Shown here: piece after piece, positions 1 to 11,894 of the stretch | Numbering within the stretch: the stretch's first letter is position 1 | Layout: every line of letters starts with the position of its first letter | Assembly: GCA_964270895.1 (NCBI GenBank) | Contig: OZ185446.1 | DNA length: 64,000 nt | Strand: one strand, 5' to 3' | Source: Podarcis filfolensis | Taxonomy: Eukaryota | The notes under the pieces: model-generated | Database searches by the model: none | Seen by the model: only the letters and a program-made list of their open reading frames with translations | What the model was told of the DNA's origin: nothing | Program-made: the position numbers and the translations under genes

Positions 1-490
1 CCTCCCCAGGATGACAGCCCCGCGTGAATTATGGCATTCCATTTGAATAACAACTTAAGTTCCCTTAACAGATCTTGGAGCTGTTTTGTTTTATTAGATT
101 CAAGGTTACTTAGGCATGATTGTGCTCATTTAACCTTGGCTGTTTCCCAGTAGGCACATTGTCAGGATGTTGAATATTCTCTAGACAAGCCATTTCATTC
201 AAAGTTTGGCACTAGCTGCTAACCATTTTTAAAAAGAAAAGGCATGTAAGAGAAAATAGTATTCATGTAAGACAGAGTTGTTCTGCCTGGCCTTTGGCTT
301 GGAATCAACTTGATCCCCTTCCCCTCTTTCCTTTTTCCTTTCTCCTTCTGTGATGGAACTCCTATTTGGGGACTTCCCTGGCTTTTTTCTGGCCCACGTA
401 GGACCAGTCTGGATAGTTGGCCTTGGTGAAGATTTGAAGTTTTCATCCCCAAAAAGTTTTTGATTTGAGTTTCTACTGAAATGAGGCTGC

Positions 491-627
491 ATTTTAACGT
501 TGTATTTTAATCTTGTTTTTAAGTTGTATTTTAATCAATTGTTTTTATACCTGGTGTTAGCCTCCCTGAGCCTGGTCTTGGCTGGGAAGGGTGGGGTATA
601 AATAAAACTTATTATTATTATTATTAT
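491..627 (+). mobile_element. L2-type LINE 3' UTR/tail fragment ending in (ATT)n
   Basis: 'gttagcctccctgagcctgg...gggtataaataaaacttattattatt' closely resembles the tail at 9453-9579 and, more loosely, the one at 11895-11985. Confidence 0.6.
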
Positions 628-1959
628 CCAAGTCTTTGCCAACCTGGTGCCTAAGGGAAGCCCACAAGCAAGACCCAAGCAGAAAACCACTCTCCTCTTC
701 TGTGGATTCCAGCCACAGAATTATTCCAGCCACAGTATTCAGAAGAATATATAATGGAATGTGTGGGGTGTTAGGGGAAGGGTAGTACCACGGGTGGGGA
801 CACATCATGCTCCTTCTGGGGTAGTTTGTCCACCTTTGGCCCCCTACCTGAACTCAGCGCTCACCTGTGGTTCATAGAAGTTGTCAGCATGCGACAGCGG
901 CCACACCCCAGGAATGGCTTTGACGGACCAGTTAAAGCATTCAGACATGCATTCAAAACAATCGAAGGATTCTCAGATTTGATCACTGCCACCCCACCCA
1001 AAGAAGTAAAAGCCCCAGTTTAGAGCTCTAATCCTATGTACCTGGAAGTGATCCTCACTGAACCTCAATGAACTCACTTCTGAGCAAAAATGCATTGGAT
1101 TCATACGCAGCGCTCGGTTAACTTAAGCAACGCTATGATCCTTGGAAGGAAGCCCCACTAAACAAAGTGGATCTTCCTTCTTATTAAGCATGAGTAGTGA
1201 TATGGACGTGCTTGATGCAGAATATCTGATACCTGCAAGAAACAATAGCAATCACATCAAAAAGAATTGCATTGATATGCTTATTAAAATGATTGGTTCT
1301 TTCCTGCTGATGACAACAGAGCAGCTTTTGAAAAACGACAGATGCCAGCTGCTTGCTCTGCACTAGTTTCAAGCAAACTGGGAAATGTACATCAGAGAAG
1401 GGCAATGCATTGGGAACTGACTTGGTATTCTTTGGACCACTGAAATGAATGATGAAATATTTGGCACCAATTCTCCCCTTCCCACATGCCTATGTATGAT
1501 ATGCATCAGAGAATATTGGGAAATTTACATTTGATTTTTTTTTTTTCATTTGCATCTTCTAGAATTCATTTTGATGTTACGGATGAAAGGCTTGATGGTG
1601 CTTTTGAAGGATTCAGGCGGAAGCAATTAGGTCTCGCTGTTGCAAAAAAGGCTTGCTCTGATCCCATGGTTGTGTTCTGGCTGCAGTGATGAAACTGTGA
1701 CTTGCAGTGATATAGCTAAAATCTCATCCTAGAAGTGTGTTTTTTTTAAAAAAGGTGACTTGCTCTGTGCTATAAACAATAAAACAACGAACAGGGTGGT
1801 GATACAATGACTTCTGCAATCGACACAAGATAATATCACAAAGGCAACTATCTGCAAACAAACAATAAATGCCCAGAAAAATGGCAAAAGTAGTGAGAGA
1901 GGTTTCTGGAGATATGTAACTCCATGAGCTAATAACTTCAAGCTAGTAGCAAACAATGT

Positions 1960-2165
1960 GCTTACCTGTTCTCCTGGCAGGTGAGTCCCTCCTGCTTACT
2001 GAGATGGGGAGGGACGAGGTGGTAGAGTGGCTGGTGCAGTGCAAATACACCAGTGGAGCTAATCTGCTGCCTCTGCTGGTGTGTTTGCACCGCACTTCCC
2101 TCCTCACCATCTCAACCCTGCCCTTCTCTCTCCAGGTAAGTAGCAATGACTCACCTGCTGGAAGG
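1960..2165. repeat. Imperfect fold-back (palindromic) element, probably a degenerate MITE
   Basis: Perfect 11-bp inverted repeat at 1977-1987/2148-2158. Inner arms 2034-2058/2071-2095 match 21/25. Arms 2000-2014/2097-2114 are also complementary. Confidence 0.75.
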
Positions 2166-3072
2166 TCAGACAATGACATTACCATGTTGCCTTCTACTGC
2201 TTTAGATACAAGTGTGGTTTTTGAAATATACTCTCCACCGGGGGAGTATTTATGGAGTATATTGTCAATGCTAATACAAATGAACTATATATATAGATCA
2301 GAGATGAGGAGTCTGTGTCCTTCTCCCCCCCCCCCAGTTGTTGCTGCGCTACATCTCCTATCACCCCCAGACCAATGGCCATGCTACCAGGGGCTGATGG
2401 GAGTTGGAGTTTAACAACATCTAGAAAGCTGCAGCTTTCCCAGCCCTGCTATGGATGAACCTTCTTTCATTGCCAGTCAAAGGCCTTGACTGTTTAATGA
2501 AGGAATTAGATGTTCCTTTATCAATGTCCTCATATATAATTTACATGCTAAAGGGAAGGGGATATTCCTTTCATGAGCGGAGGAATTTATGCAACAAGCA
2601 TACTAAATGATCTATACACTTCATGTCGAACCACATCAAAGGAGAAAAAGGGTATTCCTAGAATTTAGGTCTACAAACCAAGGATATATAATGCAGCCTG
2701 TTTTTCTCTTGTTCTACTTCATTAAAACTAGAACATTTTTCTCATTCACCATCCAAACCTTTTTCTTAGAAGAGAATAATCCTTCCTGCATCTCAGATAA
2801 TAAATAATTGTGCGTGCTTATAGGTTTTTATAGTGGCAGATGGTCTTCTTTCATCATCTGTGCCGCAAAAAATGAGCAATTTTAGAATGTATGATTATGG
2901 TGTGATTACTTTCAATATAGCCATTTGGTCACAATAACCCAACAATTGTATTGGTAGGTCAGATCAAAGTCCATGCAATTCAGCAGGTAGCAAGAAGATT
3001 GCAATTCTGTGTTCCCAGGATCTCTTCTTCAGAGCTATACTGTACCTGAACATGGATGATTCATTTACAGAA

Positions 3073-3124
3073 ACACACACACGTGCGCACGCACGCGCGC
3101 GCGCACACACACACACACACACAC
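3073..3124. repeat. (CA)n/(CG)n compound microsatellite, strictly alternating purine-pyrimidine (Z-DNA prone)
   Basis: 52 bp 'acacacacacgtgcgcacgcacgcgcgcgcgcacac...' read directly. Confidence 0.95.
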
Positions 3125-3128
3125 TTAC

Positions 3129-3180
3129 CTTGCTTACGAATCCTAAATGCTTATCATTAGATATATTAGAATGACACAGA
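3129..3180 (-). other. Candidate 52-nt exon of an unidentified minus-strand transcript
   Basis: Acceptor 'ctattttatccttacag' and consensus donor CAAG|GTAAGT. One open frame, LCHSNISNDKHLGFVSK. Confidence 0.3.
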
Positions 3181-3829
3181 CTGTAAGGATAAAATAGCAC
3201 AGCCCAATTAAAAAGCCATATCTATATATCTTAGACTATATATAATCAGGAAAAGCTGAGCAAAAACACCCTATGTTGGCTGGCTTATGAGTGCTTAGTG
3301 AAAAAAATAAATCTTAGAATTTTATGAGAAGCAGGTTCCATATTAAGGGAGCAACTACTGAAGTGGTGCCCCAAATGTTCTCTTATTTTGATGTAGTGTT
3401 TTCCCCTAGAAATACTAGAGTACTTGCAAAAACATTCTCTGTTCCCCTATCCTGTTTGCTCCCATTCTTCCCACTGCCACAATTTTTTGGGGGAGCCTCA
3501 TATTCCATCTTCTCATCACTGCATTTTTGTCTTCCTTGATTAGCCACATGAGTAATCCTGGCCAACTAGGGTTCACGCAGTGAAGGGAATAACATCCGAT
3601 GCTGCATTGCCAGTTTACTATACTATCACATTATCGAGGGCAAAAGGCCAGTGGAGAGATAGGGCCAAGCTTCCGGGGTCCACTAGATAGATGATGCTAG
3701 CCAATCAGGGATCATGGAATGCTGTGACAAAGCTATCGTGCATCCAATCATATTTCAGTATGGGCTGGTGTCACTGAAGGCAAACAAAGCCTTCACTCTT
3801 GATAGGTGAACATCTTCACATTCTTTTCA

Positions 3830-3870
<41 letters not shown>
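3830..3870. repeat. (AAT)n microsatellite
   Basis: Read directly. Confidence 0.97.
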
Positions 3871-3872
<2 letters not shown>

Positions 3873-5376
3873 GCTTAAAAAGAGGCCCCTTTTGATGCTC
3901 TTGGAAATGTTTGAAAAGCATCTCCCTTTGGCTCATCCCCTATTCCCTGCAGCTGCCTAACTTAACTTCAGAAGGCAGGGGCACTCTGAGCAGTGCAATG
4001 GACTTCTTTTAGATTGAATCTATGAGTGTGGCACCTTTAACAAATAACACACAACCACAAATGACAACTGCTAATTCTTTTACAGAACTGATGTCCATTT
4101 TCCTCCTTGTTTAAACATTGCAGTGGTTTCTATATATCAACAGCAACACTAAATTTATTATAGCACCCCTATAGTTCCCCTGGTCCCAATAACTCCTACA
4201 GATTGTACTTTTACCATGAGGAACCAATATAAGAAAGCTGTTTCATCTACCAGACTTTGCTGAGGGAAGCACCACCTGTGGTGGCATGCATATGGGAGAC
4301 AGTATCCCTTAAATAGACCACTAATAGATGTAGCTTCCTTCTTTATAGCCTGAGGAAGAATGGACTCTGGAGGATACAGCTATTACTACAACTTTAACTT
4401 TGCTGTTCTCTCAAGGTGCCTCGGTTAAATGCTAAGCTGCTGTGCTGTCATCCAGGATACAAGGAAATCATCACCTGCAAATTCAAGACTGGTTCAGGAA
4501 CCATCTTTTTGCCCCCAGGGTGTCAACACCTGCCCAGTATAGATGCTAATTTGCCTTAAATGAATATGCTGCCTAGAGGTAGGTTTGAGGCTGCCGAGGA
4601 GGAGGATACAGCCCACAACAAGCAATGTTGTACACAATGTGTAAAGAGAAGCTTGCAACCAAATGCAGGAGAACCAGGGGCAAAAGTTTCATTGACTGTA
4701 ATGAATAAGAATGGTGTTCATAAGATGCAATTTCCTTTTGAGCTTCCTGTCTATCATTCTGTACACTGGATGCAGGCTGGAATTTTAAAAGGCTCTTCTC
4801 CACAGCATCTATGACAACCTTTTTTCAAATTTGACCTGCCAGGCTTCTACCAGGGCATTATCTTTTCTTTCTTTTTTCAAAAAAGAAAAGAGTAATGTCA
4901 ACATGAATAACTTCACAGCTTGACACTGTTGACTATGGGGAAAAAATAGTTCACCTCTTTGCCAACTAGCCATAAGAGCATGTGGGTGAATCAATTAATT
5001 TTTCAAACTTGAGAAATGCAAAAGGTTAGTAATGACCACAAACTCTTCCCAGGCTTTCAAAGAGAGGAATGATTGTGAATTTTAGCCTGTATTCCTTTGG
5101 CTATGGCTTTTGTGCAAATATTCTATCTGATCTTTTTGTGGTTCAACGTTAAATGACAATGTATGCCCTTGTGCCTCTGAGCTACTCTGTTAATATATAT
5201 ATATACATTATATATATATATGGGGGCATTGATGGGAATATTTCTGGCAAGTTTGTTTTGCATCGCCTAGAATCATTCCATACACAGTCAACAAGGATCT
5301 GAATCAAGTATCACTTGTTTTAACAATGCAGTGTTGGGCAAATCATGGTTTCAAAAGATGTTTTCCATTGCATATA

Positions 5377-5618
5377 CAGTGGTACCTCAGGTTACATACG
5401 CTTCAGGTTACATACGCTTCAGGTTGCAGACTCTGCTAACCCAGACATATTACCTCGGGTTAAGAACTTTGCTTCAGGATGAGAACAGAAATCGTGTTCC
5501 GGCCGCACAGCGGCAGCAGGAGGCCCCATTAGCTAAAGTGGTGCTTCAGGTTAAGAACAGTTTCAGGTTAAGAACAAACCTCCAGAACAAATTAAGTACT
5601 TAACCCGAGGTACCACTG
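5377..5618. mobile_element. Tc1/mariner (pogo/Tigger-like) MITE, family A
   Basis: Terminal inverted repeats (TIRs) CAGTGGTACCTC...GAGGTACCACTG with TA on both sides. Near-identical copies at 35209 and 53037. Confidence 0.92.
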
Positions 5619-7507
5619 TAGCTTGAACCATTAGGCAGAAAATCACACACCGCCTAGAAGTCTTATGCCTTTAGTGGTAAATCATCATATTCAGTATCAG
5701 ACATTCAGTTTATAATGAAAACAACCTCCTCCTTTGCATAGCTCCAGTGTGATTTTAAGGAGTTTCACAGTAGAAGTTTCAAGCAGATTGTGCAAAGTTT
5801 AAGTGCAAAGTGGATGAAACTGTTTTGTTCATTTTCAATCACGCCATGTATTGCATTTATTGTAGAAAATGCTCATATTCACATAAAATGGCTTGGATTT
5901 TTTTGTTATTCTTTTGCAATGTGTACTGTTTCCACTTCAAAGTGCTCATCTTTGCCACATACAGAATGACTCCAGTCCAACTAATGCTAGTTGCACTTAA
6001 ACCCAAACGAGGTTCCTGAGAACTATATGGCTTCTAGGAGAGGCAGAGTCGGGCTAGAACCTGGAACACCAGGAAGCTCTGCCACTGGGCAACCCTAACC
6101 TTAGGAAACCATTGAACACTCAATTTATTAAAAATATGAAGTGGGTGTATTAAATACTAAGTTCTTTCTGAAATATTAATCTTTTGACATTTGAAAATAT
6201 CTTGAATGTGTGTTTGAAACAAGGCGATGGTTAGCTAAAAAGATGAAGTCTCCCCCCCCCCCACCTCCAGCGGCTCTTGGATCATTTCGAATCAAACTAC
6301 ACTGAGTTCTGATTTCTGAATCATCCTGCATTCTTTTATGCTGTTAAGATACCATCATTCATTCATTCATTCATTCATACATACATACATACATACAGGA
6401 ACTGCTCCAGGCAGTGAATATTCTCATTGAAGAATGAGCAACAGATCTAAAAATAAGAAGGGTTCTTTACGATTTTGACATATAGTTACTCTAATGGTGA
6501 GCTGTCTTATGTAACACAGAGCAGGGAAGTGTAACATTTCCTTCCTGGATCAGTAGCTTTGAAAAGTTTACTTTTCGGCCACTGCTGAAGAGACAAATCA
6601 AAATCCTCACCAGAGGTTGTTTCAAAGCTGGAAGAGAGACAGAGCTTTGATTTTTTAACTCTGGGTGTAAGATATCAATAATCTAAGAAATTTTACCTGT
6701 GCTGGGATCAGCGTAAGATATTATGCATCTATCTGAAAGTAATTTTATTTGTTTCAAGTTGTTTTGGAGTAAAGTTCTGTACTAACGCTTTTGAACCATA
6801 TTTTTGTGCTAAACAATTTTTAAAAGTCAGCTTTTATTCATCCAATTTGCTTCCATATGTGCAGTATTAATAACCTCAATAGAGTTGTCAAAGCAAAGCA
6901 CTGAAAATTGCTTAGTGCTGAACAGCAACAGCAAAATAACTTTCCCTCTGCACCATCAGTGCAATCTTACACTATAAAGTTAAAACCAATAAAACATATT
7001 TAGTAAAGTAAAAGGGAAGGAGGGCAAGATGGGTTGGAAGAAAGGAAATAATTGTAAAGTACAAAATTTCCAAAGGATTAATATTAATGACTTTAGCTGG
7101 GTAACGCCTCTTTAAATATAACAGTTGAATAATGATTTCACTGGATCAGATAGGCAGCAAAATGTTTAAGGAAGAAAGTTGGAAATGTCAAAAAATGGGG
7201 AAATGAAGTAATCATGATACAGATCTATCTGTTTTTATTATTTTCTTTTTCTGTTTTCATTGATAGCTGTATGTTATTTGAGTGGTTTTTTTGTACACTA
7301 TCCCCAATAAATACATGTTTAAAATAAATATTACCTCTGAAGAAGGGGAAATAATTCAATGGATGTGTGCAGAAGAAGAGAAATATTACTAATTTCATTT
7401 TTATCTCCTTCTTGCTCAAGCACTCTGGGAAGTGTACTTGGTTTGAGCATATGAAATTACCCCACACTGTCAAACCTTTTGTCCACCTGGCTCAACATCG
7501 TCTACTC

Positions 7508-7610
7508 CAGAGATGGGGAACCTGTGACCCCCCCCCCCGACGCTGAAGGACCACAGCTCCCATCTTCCCCAGCTGTTGGCTGATAGGAGGTGGGGCTGAT
7601 GGGAGATCAA
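7508..7610. mobile_element. Degenerate hAT-type MITE fragment (family of 19430 and 61235)
   Basis: 'cagagatggggaacctgtg...ccacagctcccatc...gctgatgggag' shares motifs with the intact copies. Confidence 0.5.
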
Positions 7611-7823
7611 ACCAAGGGATGCTCATTTATTTAGTCCTACTCCAAGCAAACCTATTGAAATCAGTGGAGTTAAGTTCATTGATTTTGATGGGTCTGCTGT
7701 TAGCATAACTTGCATTGAGACAACCCCTTATTTATTACTCTGGTTTCTCTTCAGATCATATAAATCTTTCTTATTTATTTTCGAAAACCCACATCCTGCT
7801 TTTCTTCCATCATGAAAACCAAA

Positions 7824-7920
7824 GGCAGCAACCCTGTGGTCTCCAAGCACTGACCATACCCAGACCTGCTTAGAATTAGCAAGGCTGTGGCTTCGTCTGT
7901 GCCATCAGACCATATCCTGA
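7824..7920 (-). mobile_element. 5S rRNA-derived SINE/pseudogene-like fragment
   Basis: Minus strand 'ctaagcaggtctgggtatggtcagtgcttggagacc' resembles the vertebrate 5S internal segment GCTAAGCAGGGTCGGGCCTGGTTAGTACTTGGATGGGAGACC (A/C box region). The sequence upstream of it is not 5S. Confidence 0.55.
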
Positions 7921-8434
7921 GACCTCATGTATCCCTACCTGAACCTATCTTAAATTTTGTTAGGCTATATAAAAATTTAATTTCACTGCTATCTACAGTA
8001 TATTAGTCAGCCAACTATATGGTAATTTTCCCTGTAAATGACCAGCTGTTTCTTTTACTTAGGCTATAATCTTATTTTCACTCCATTGGGAATAAATACC
8101 ATTGAATTCAGTTAGATTTCCATCTGAGTAGATATGCATGGGTTTGTTTTGTTAAGTGTAGCATTATTTCTTCCTTATTTAAGGAAGAATTTACTGATTT
8201 CATGACTGACTTCTGCATGGTGCTGTCCATTTTCTTATATCATTATAAACTATCCAAAGGACTGACCTACATGAAAACAAATTTGAATACTGTTAAAATC
8301 TGATTTTCTGATGAAGATCAGAACCACAGCCAACTCGTTATATTGTACTCCATAAGTGCCCCATTTTAAGTGTGGCATACCAGAACAAAGAAGCCAAGCC
8401 CAGCTTCTGCTTGGATCCTGGAATGTCCTTTTTC

Positions 8435-8718
8435 GGGTCACCCAGTGTGGTGTAGTAGTTAAGAGCAGTGGACTCATAATCTGGTGAACCGGGTTCGCTC
8501 CCCCGCTCCTCCTCCACATGCAGCTGCTGGGTGACCTTGGGCTAGTCACACCTCTCTGAAGTCTCTCAGCCTCACTCACCTCACAGAGTGTTTGTTGTAG
8601 GGGAGGAAGGGAAAGGAGACTGTTAGGCGCTTTGAGACTCCTTAGGGTAGTGATAAAGCAGGACATCAAGTCCAAACTCCTCTTCCTCCTCCTCCTCCTC
8701 TTCTTCTTCTTCTTCTTC
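8435..8718 (+). mobile_element. tRNA-derived CORE/MIR-like SINE (Squam3-like) with (CTT)n tail
   Basis: A box 'tggtgtagtagtt', B box 'gggttcgctccc', CORE-like 'gctgggtgaccttgggctagtcac', L2-like 3' end and (CCT/CTT)n tail. Confidence 0.8.
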
Positions 8719-8993
8719 GTGGGGGAAATAAATGCAATAATTAAATAATTTATGGAGGGTTTGGTCAGGGCTCAGCCTGACTCCCCTTCCCTTTTTGTAT
8801 AAGAACTAGTATGAAAGAGGCCTCCCAGCATTTTCACAGGCACATATAAGATCAGCGTACACAGTTGGGCCTGATGAGTCTTTACTGTTCCCAACCCAAA
8901 TCCTGAGGAAAGCCATCTAATTCAGATTTTAATTTTATCCTGACTTGTTTTTAAGATGTGATTTAATTATTGTTTGATTTTTATATCAATGTT

Positions 8994-8996
<3 letters not shown>

Positions 8997-9038
<42 letters not shown>

Positions 9039-9452
9039 TTATTTGTACCCCGCCCATCTGGCTGGGTTTCCCCAGCCACTCTGGGCGGCTTCCATAGAAA
9101 CCAAAAATACACTAAAATATCACACATTAAAAACTTCCCTGAACAGGGCTGCCTTAAGATGTCTTCTGAATGTCAGGTAGTTGTTTATCGCTTTGACATC
9201 TGATGGGAGGGTGTTCCACAGGGCGGGCGCCACTACTGAGAAGGCCCTCTGCCTGGTTCCCTGTAGCTTTGCTTCTCGCAATGAGGGAACCGTCAGAAGG
9301 CCCTTGGCGCTGGACCTCAGCGTCCGGGCAGAACGATGGGGGTGGAGACGGGCCTTCAGGTATACTGGGCCGAGGCCGTTTAGAGCTTTAAAGGTCAACA
9401 CCAGCACTTTGAATTGTGCTCGGAAACGTACTGTGAGCCAATGTAGGTCTTT
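8997..9452 (-). mobile_element. L2 LINE 3' fragment (ORF2 C-terminus + 3' UTR + (TTA)n tail)
   Basis: ORF 9120-9407(-) reads 'LVLTFKALNGLGPVYLKARLHP...RAFSVVAPALWNTLP...FRRHLKAALF', a typical L2 ORF2 C-terminus. The tail appears as (AAT)n at 8997-9037. Confidence 0.92.
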
Positions 9453-9533
9453 CAGGACCTTTCAGTTTATATTTGATGTTAGCCGCCCTGAGCCCGGTCT
9501 CGGCCACAGAGGCTGGGATACAAATAAAAGTTG

Positions 9534-9568
<35 letters not shown>

Positions 9569-9579
9569 TACTACTACTA
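9453..9579 (+). mobile_element. Resumed 3' tail of an older L2-like element (5' part ~8925-8996) ending in (TTA)n(CTA)n
   Basis: 8925-8996 joined to 9453-9579 is collinear with the uninterrupted copy at 491-627. Confidence 0.65.
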
Positions 9580-10019
9580 CCGTATTTTTCGTCCTATAGG
9601 ACGCACCGGCCCATAGGACGCACCTAGTTTTTTGGGGCGGGAATAAAGAAAAAAGTTTTATTCCCCCCCCCAGCCGCGGCTTCAGCGCGCCCCGCGCTCC
9701 GGGCAGCAGGCTGCTATCCGCAGCCTAGGGAGCCCTGCGGGAACTTCCACAGGGCTCCCTAGGCTGCGGGTGCCTGCCTGAAGTGCGGGGCGCTCTGCTG
9801 CAGCCCGCCCCGCGCTTCGGGAAGCAGGCTGCTATCCGCAGGCTCCCCAGGCTTGCTGATAGCTTCCTGAAGCCTGGAGAGCAAGAGGGGTCGGTGCGCA
9901 CTGACCCCTCTCGCTCTCCAAGCTTCAGCGAAAGCCTGCATTCGCCCCATAGGACGCACACAGATTTCCCCTTCATTTTTGGAGGGGAAAAAGTGCGTCC
10001 TATAGGGTGAAAAATACGG
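9580..10019. mobile_element. Tc1/mariner Tc2-like non-autonomous element, GC/CpG-rich
   Basis: TIRs CCGTATTTTTC...GAAAAATACGG with TA flanks. Sub-terminal 'cctataggacgcac' repeats. Longer copy in the opposite orientation at 41111-41707. Confidence 0.9.
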
Positions 10020-10784
10020 TACTTAGTCACAAATACTTATGAGAATGTAATGAAACTAGAGATCTGCTTTATGCATTACTCTCTGTCCTCCTCCCTCTTA
10101 TTCCCTATTTGTTTTCTTATGATGCCTTAATTGCTCTTCTCCTGATGCTTCGTTTTTTCATGCCCTTACCTTTCATCAGTCAGTTTAATTTCCTGTATTT
10201 ACTTTTAAAGTAATGACGATGTTACTACGTTCTCACCCAGTCAGCTTAGTTCCGCCTCCACATTTCCCTGTTCATGATTAATCCCCCTCCCCCTGGGGGA
10301 GAAAGCCAATGAGTGTAACTTTCTGCTTTCTCTCCATTATTTGAATGAAGTTGGGACAAATTTGATTGTCAACTACTTACATTGATTTCCTTTGCCTTCA
10401 AACAGGGTTGCCTCCTGTCATTCTTCAGAGCTCAAGGACAAGGAGATTTAATAAGCTTGATGGTGTCTACAGTCCCATGGCGATCCCAGTATGTGACGAG
10501 TCCAAATGCTTATGGAATTGCTCATGCATTATCAAAGAATGACGATAGGGAGATGCTACAGGGTTCACCTGACACATGCTCTCAGTGTATTTCCTATGTG
10601 AGGAGTAGATGGAGCTTGGGGATGGAGCTTTGTATGCAGAAGGCACAAGAATAAATTGAAGGATATGGGCATGGGCGAAATTGGCAACGTGATATAATGA
10701 TGCATGTTAGCTTTTACTCTGCCTCCATGGTCAAAGGCCAGAAGATCTCTGAATAGCAGTTGCTAGAAGTCCCGAGAGGGGAGA

Positions 10785-11296
10785 TGTCAGGCTTCTGGGA
10801 CTTGGCTTCCTCCCCCCATTTGGCCATAGATAAGCAGAACAAAGCGAAAGGGGTCTCTTACCAGTTAGAACTTTAATGGTCGGAGTGAGAGAACAAAGAA
10901 TCCATCTCTAGGAATGAAGGTGCTCCCAATTAAGGTTTCCACCCACTTCCCCCCTAGTCTCCCCCATCACTTCCGCATCTTGCAACGTGATCTCGCAACC
11001 ACTGTGCTTTCTGTGCAGCCACCTTATCTGCTCTCCTTGACCTTGGACTGAGCGGATGGACACCTTCCAGCGAAAGGGAGTCTGTTAACTCACTCTCTCC
11101 CTGTTATTCTTCTCCTAGCTGTTCCCCACCCAGTTCTTCCCAACTTCTGTCTTCTGAACTATGTCCCTCTGCAAACCACTGTTCCAAATCTATACTGTCC
11201 TCCAGCTCCTGGGAAGATTCAGGAGCAGTAGCAGGGGGAGGGGGTGGCTCCCACCGTTCCTCCTCAGTGCAGCCCTCCTCAGCATGGTCCCTGACA
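10785..11296 (-). mobile_element. Solo LTR (TGTCA...TGACA), 5-bp TSD GGAGA
   Basis: TSD at 10780-10784 and 11297-11301. Collinear with 50846-51294. Inserted in an older SINE-like repeat (about 10700-11350). Confidence 0.88.
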
Positions 11297-11415
11297 GGAG
11301 AGCTCTTGTGCTTGGGTCCTTTGTGCCAGTTTCTCGCAGGCATCTGCTCCTGTCTCTCATTGTCTCACAAATAGTCATACTAACACAGAAACCCAACCGG
11401 AACACTCAACGCAAC

Positions 11416-11565
11416 CACAGCCAATTGCACTCATGCATCGCCGCTGCTGTAAATAGCCCACCCAATTGCCTCAGCCACAGCCAATCGTCAGCAGGCCTTG
11501 CTGCAGCAACCAATCCCGCGCCCAATCACCACTGCAAATCTCCTGCTGGCTGCTGCCACCAATCG
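11416..11565 (+). promoter_or_regulatory. Homotypic cluster of six same-strand CCAAT motifs
   Basis: CCAAT at 11421, 11462, 11481, 11510, 11522 and 11559. Function is inferred only. Confidence 0.35.
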
Positions 11566-11894
11566 CCCATTCCCCCATGGCTATCCATGTATAAGACGAC
11601 CCATGATTTCTGCCAATTATTTCTTAGGAAAATATATCGTCTTATACATGGAAAAATACAGTATGTGCCTTTTGTTGACCAAACAATGCCTACACTCCAA
11701 GCCACGCAATGTGAGGAGCTTGGGGTCAGTCTGGAAATATGGTTGCTTGTGTACATGCTTGCTATTACTTTCAATCACTTCTTTGTATCTACTTTCTCCT
11801 CCTCCATTTTACTGCTTCGGGATTCACTTTCCAAAATAAGTGCTTCCCCCTCCGCCCCAGAACGCTTGCCACGTAATTGTGGCACACCTTTATG

